46,985 nt of DNA. It comes from a virus (taxonomy: Duplodnaviria > Caudoviricetes). This document shows, one piece after another, positions 44,386-46,985 of this stretch. The stretch covers positions 1 to 46,985 of IMG/VR virus record IMGVR_UViG_3300020042_010196, one strand, 5' to 3'. The first letter of the stretch is position 1. Each line of letters begins with the position of its first letter. Under the pieces are notes generated by a model that was not told the origin of the DNA, did no database searches, and was given only the letters and a program-made list of their open reading frames with translations. A program made the position numbers and the translations under genes.

Positions 44386-44814
44386 ATGAAAAAAGAAAAT
44401 GTATTAGAAGTAGTTCAAAATTCAGTTAGTTCTATCTTTACTAAAGATGATGTACTAAAACTTATTACTAGTATTGAACAAGAACAAACAAATCAAGTTT
44501 ACGATTTGATTAAAAGATTACAAGACTTACAAGAAAAAATTAGTTACGACTTTCAAAACTTAAGTAGTGATGAGGTAGTTGATTTAGATAGTGCTGAGTT
44601 TAACATTGGTTATAATAACAGACTTGAAGTTGAAGACATTAGTCTTAACATTGATAACTTGACTGATATAGTTGAAGATAGTTTCTCAAGTTTGATTAAT
44701 GAGTTGAGAGAATTAGAATTGAATAAAGAAGAAGAAGAAGTAGTAGGTTCAGAGTTTGAAGATGGACAAGTTACTAGTTCAGAATACACTCCAGTAGAAG
44801 AGAACGAGTTGTAA
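44386..44814 (+). CDS. Highly acidic early protein
   Basis: SIFTKDDV...DSAEFNI; E/D-rich C-terminus. Confidence 0.82.
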   Translation: MKKENVLEVVQNSVSSIFTKDDVLKLITSIEQEQTNQVYDLIKRLQDLQEKISYDFQNLSSDEVVDLDSAEFNIGYNNRLEVEDISLNIDNLTDIVEDSFSSLINELRELELNKEEEEVVGSEFEDGQVTSSEYTPVEENEL

Positions 44815-44903
44815 TAATTATTGATGAAAAGTTAGCGAGGCTGTTGTCTCGCTTTCTTTTTTTATTTATCTTTAGGTATTAATAATTAAAACAACAACAA
44901 GTT

Positions 44904-45176
44904 ATGACAAAAGAACAATTTTTAAATGGTACAACTTTTAGAGTAGGCTTCTTATCTTATAAAGGAGCAGAGACTTATTCTTACAATCAAAAAGACAATT
45001 ATATATCTAAGCAGATCAGATCATCTATAGATGAAAGAGTAGTACTTAGGGATTATGTTTGTAATGTTTTAAAGGTAGGGAGAGTAGGTTTCACAGGTTT
45101 TACCTTTATATTAAAAAAGAGAGTAGTAGTTAAATATCGATTTGAAGATCTAGTAGAATTTAAAGAGGAGGCTTAG
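44904..45176 (+). CDS. Hypothetical early protein
   Basis: Own promoter and leader. Confidence 0.8.
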   Translation: MTKEQFLNGTTFRVGFLSYKGAETYSYNQKDNYISKQIRSSIDERVVLRDYVCNVLKVGRVGFTGFTFILKKRVVVKYRFEDLVEFKEEA

Positions 45177-45191
45177 GCCTCTTTTTTTTTT
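45168..45191 (+). terminator. Rho-independent terminator closing the early cassette array
   Basis: GAGGC-TTAG-GCCTC plus T10. Confidence 0.88.
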
Positions 45192-45215
45192 GGTCACTTT
45201 TTGTAACGACATCAG

Positions 45216-45248
45216 GGTGAGGTCATGGTGATGTCATGGTGATGTCAC
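45216..45248 (+). repeat. 11-bp tandem repeat GGTGA(T/G)GTCA(T/C) x3
   Basis: Units at 45216, 45227, 45238; inverted core GACATCA at 45208. Confidence 0.8.
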
Positions 45249-45544
45249 TTTGATATAAAGTTGACAGTTAATTTAACCCAACGGTTTTCCACGTCGGTTT
45301 TCCGAGGTATATAGTATTGTATATTTCTGATGAAAATTTAAGGTAAAGGAGTATATATTTATATACTTAAGAGCTGGAAAGATGTAGTTATGAACCCTAC
45401 GGTCCAACGTTGGTCAAAATTCAAGGTGTTGCTCTCACTTATCTCTCAAGCGGTTCCATCGAACACAATACCACCTATACTCCCTACCCTATGCCAATAT
45501 GTCAAATAACGAATGTATATTGAACCTCCTGTTGTTGTCTCTAG

Positions 45545-45575
45545 TAATATACAAAAACTAATATACAATTTGCAA
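45545..45575 (-). promoter_or_regulatory. Minus-strand TTGC-N20-TATATTA promoter candidate
   Basis: Reverse complement GTTGC...GTATATTA; spacer one nt longer than in other copies. Confidence 0.45.
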
Positions 45576-45663
45576 CATACATTTTCGACATAATTTCCAG
45601 GTAACCGTAAAAAATTTTTTTGGACAATTTTCTGTTATATAAAACATATATATTTATTTATGT

Positions 45664-46095
45664 ATGAAGCAATTAGATGCAGATAAGTTATTTGATATTC
45701 TACTAGTGGGGGATCACCAGGTATACCAAGAACATGGTGTGGAGCAACTAGTTGACGATACATATATATTATTCGGATCAGTTATCAAGGGAGTGGAAAA
45801 CTACTATATCATTGATCAGATGTATACAAACAGGTATGGTGAGGCTTATAACTCCGTAAGAGAAAAACTACGAGTGAAGTATTTCACCAACCTTATGAGA
45901 TACCTTGTTACAATCGATATGTCACAGTCAGATACAAGACAAAACCTTGTTGATGAATTTGGTTTACAAGCAATATCGTATGCATTAAATGAAATGATAG
46001 ATTGTTTTGTGCAGGTTGAGCAATATGAAAAATGTGCAATACTTCAAAAATTTCTTGACATTTTTAACGTAATAAATTTGCAACCAACGCAATAA
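45664..46095 (+). CDS. Hypothetical protein with C-terminal UVR-like motif
   Basis: FVQVEQYEKCAIL; TATTTAT at 45651. Confidence 0.75.
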   Translation: MKQLDADKLFDILLVGDHQVYQEHGVEQLVDDTYILFGSVIKGVENYYIIDQMYTNRYGEAYNSVREKLRVKYFTNLMRYLVTIDMSQSDTRQNLVDEFGLQAISYALNEMIDCFVQVEQYEKCAILQKFLDIFNVINLQPTQ

Positions 46096-46107
46096 TTTTG
46101 TATATTA
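46078..46107 (+). promoter_or_regulatory. TTGC-N19-TATATTA promoter
   Basis: TTGC 46078, TATATTA 46101. Confidence 0.65.
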
Positions 46108-46127
46108 GTACTATAAATCAATCAGTT

Positions 46128-46337
46128 ATGTATCCAGTTATTTTTACCCACATCTCGTGGTATTTGTGTGTAGGGTTTGCAGTAGCATTCGTTATCGATC
46201 GTTCAATTAGGTTTACCAAGCAGGTAGAACCGTACACTTTTAAGGAAATTGCAGTTGCAATTGCTTTATGGCCTTTAATGGCTATTATTTTTGTCATAGG
46301 TGTACTTAAAGGTTTTTTCGATAATGAATCAAATTAA
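46128..46337 (+). CDS. Two-TM membrane protein
   Basis: GTTATG start at 46128; two hydrophobic helices, LWP motif. Confidence 0.75.
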   Translation: MYPVIFTHISWYLCVGFAVAFVIDRSIRFTKQVEPYTFKEIAVAIALWPLMAIIFVIGVLKGFFDNESN

Positions 46338-46962
46338 CCTGCCACTAAACAAGGCTTTGCGTATGCAAAGCAAGGGACAAATCACTTTAGTCGATGCGTC
46401 ACCCAATCAATTACAATCAATTGACCATATTGATGGATTATTGTGGAAGGATAACTTCCAACAACTTCTATTCAAAGCATCTCATGTTTCACCTGAAAGG
46501 ATTCCTTCTTACTTCACTGCAAAGTACAGAGTGTGTATTCCTTCTACAATTACTGAGGGAGAGAATGAAGTTTATGTTTGGAGATACTTACATGGAATAG
46601 AAAATAATAGTATCCAGAATAAGACTACCGATAATGTAGAGTATATTTATGTACTCACTAATGATCATTACAAGGGAATGGTTAAAATAGGTATGACAAC
46701 AAGTACTGTAGATAAACGTGTGGGATCAATTAATAGTTCTGGGGTAGTGGATGAGTGGCAACCTGTATTTGCCTTAGGGGTAAAAAAGGGAAGTGCTTAT
46801 AAGATTGAGCATGCTGTTCATAAATTCTTTGCTGATGTAAGAGTTGATAGTAGTGGTGGATCTAGCCGTGAATTCTTTAATGTAACACCGTTTCAAGCTT
46901 TTGATAAAGTACGAGAGGTAGGTGCTCTTTTCCAAGTGGGAGAACCGATTTATTTTAATTAA
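46324..46962 (+). CDS. T5orf172-type GIY-YIG domain protein
   Basis: YIYVLTN, MVKIGMTT, KRV, IEHAVH, REFF; ATG 46324. Confidence 0.85.
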   Translation: MNQINLPLNKALRMQSKGQITLVDASPNQLQSIDHIDGLLWKDNFQQLLFKASHVSPERIPSYFTAKYRVCIPSTITEGENEVYVWRYLHGIENNSIQNKTTDNVEYIYVLTNDHYKGMVKIGMTTSTVDKRVGSINSSGVVDEWQPVFALGVKKGSAYKIEHAVHKFFADVRVDSSGGSSREFFNVTPFQAFDKVREVGALFQVGEPIYFN

Positions 46963-46985
46963 CTTAGTTGGTGGATTAGGTAGGA

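Larger units (their letters stand above)
27881..44903 (+). repeat. Dispersed early promoter/leader repeat AAAGTTGN-N19-TATCTTTA(GGTAT)...AAAACAACAAGTTATG, 23 plus-strand copies
   Basis: TTG box at 27881, 29114, 29804, 30135, 30572, 33465, 37063, 37729, 37995, 38456, 38757, 39113, 40315, 40549, 40887, 41718, 42050, 42526, 43342, 43597, 43931, 44325, 44844. In every copy exactly 19 nt separate TTGN from TATCTTTA. Confidence 0.92.

Noticed and set aside
45420-45475. tRNA gene (GTTCGA on minus strand)
   Set aside because: Stem and loop sizes do not fit a T arm; no acceptor stem, D arm or CCA.
46394-46600. Nested plus-strand 68-aa ORF
   Set aside because: Out-of-frame inside the T5orf172 gene, with no leader.
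1-46985. Stop-codon reassignment as in some Bacteroidota phages
   Set aside because: Long genes are intact in the standard code, and TAA, TAG and TGA all end genes at sensible positions.

Overview
AT-rich, gene-dense 47 kb segment of a large dsDNA (jumbo-type) bacteriophage. Essentially all genes lie on the + strand. The host is most likely Bacteroidota (Flavobacteria-like): leaders are A-rich without Shine-Dalgarno motifs, promoters resemble the Bacteroidota TTG/TAnnTTTG consensus, and signal peptides are cleaved before Gln. Gene order: 5'-truncated family A DNA polymerase; groES-groEL and an Hc1/histone-H1-like ORF; a lysis module (holins, GH19 endolysin, overlapping spanin-like pair); DUF3310 and a PD-(D/E)XK nuclease; a 17 kb glycan island (about 10 glycosyltransferase-like genes, gmd, sugar C-methyltransferase, kinase-aldolase fusion, nucleotidyltransferase, HAD, GDPD-like, WavE-like); small hypotheticals, DUF932, an OmpA-like protein and mgsA; a non-coding zone with two 12-bp-period AACCG arrays; then a 37-45 kb early region of single-gene cassettes. 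The non-coding DNA is the most striking part. There are 24 copies of a fixed-spacing TTGN-N19-TATCTTTA promoter, many with a G-U-compatible hairpin over the TTG box. A 28-nt element is antisense to the shared cassette leader and start codon. There are several promoter-associated structured RNA candidates and a separate TATTTAT(A) late-type motif. Two probable virion proteins appear to hide a signal peptide behind a Glu-terminated propeptide. No tRNA, rRNA, CRISPR array or integrase was recognised. All family calls come from motif recognition by eye, not from database searches.
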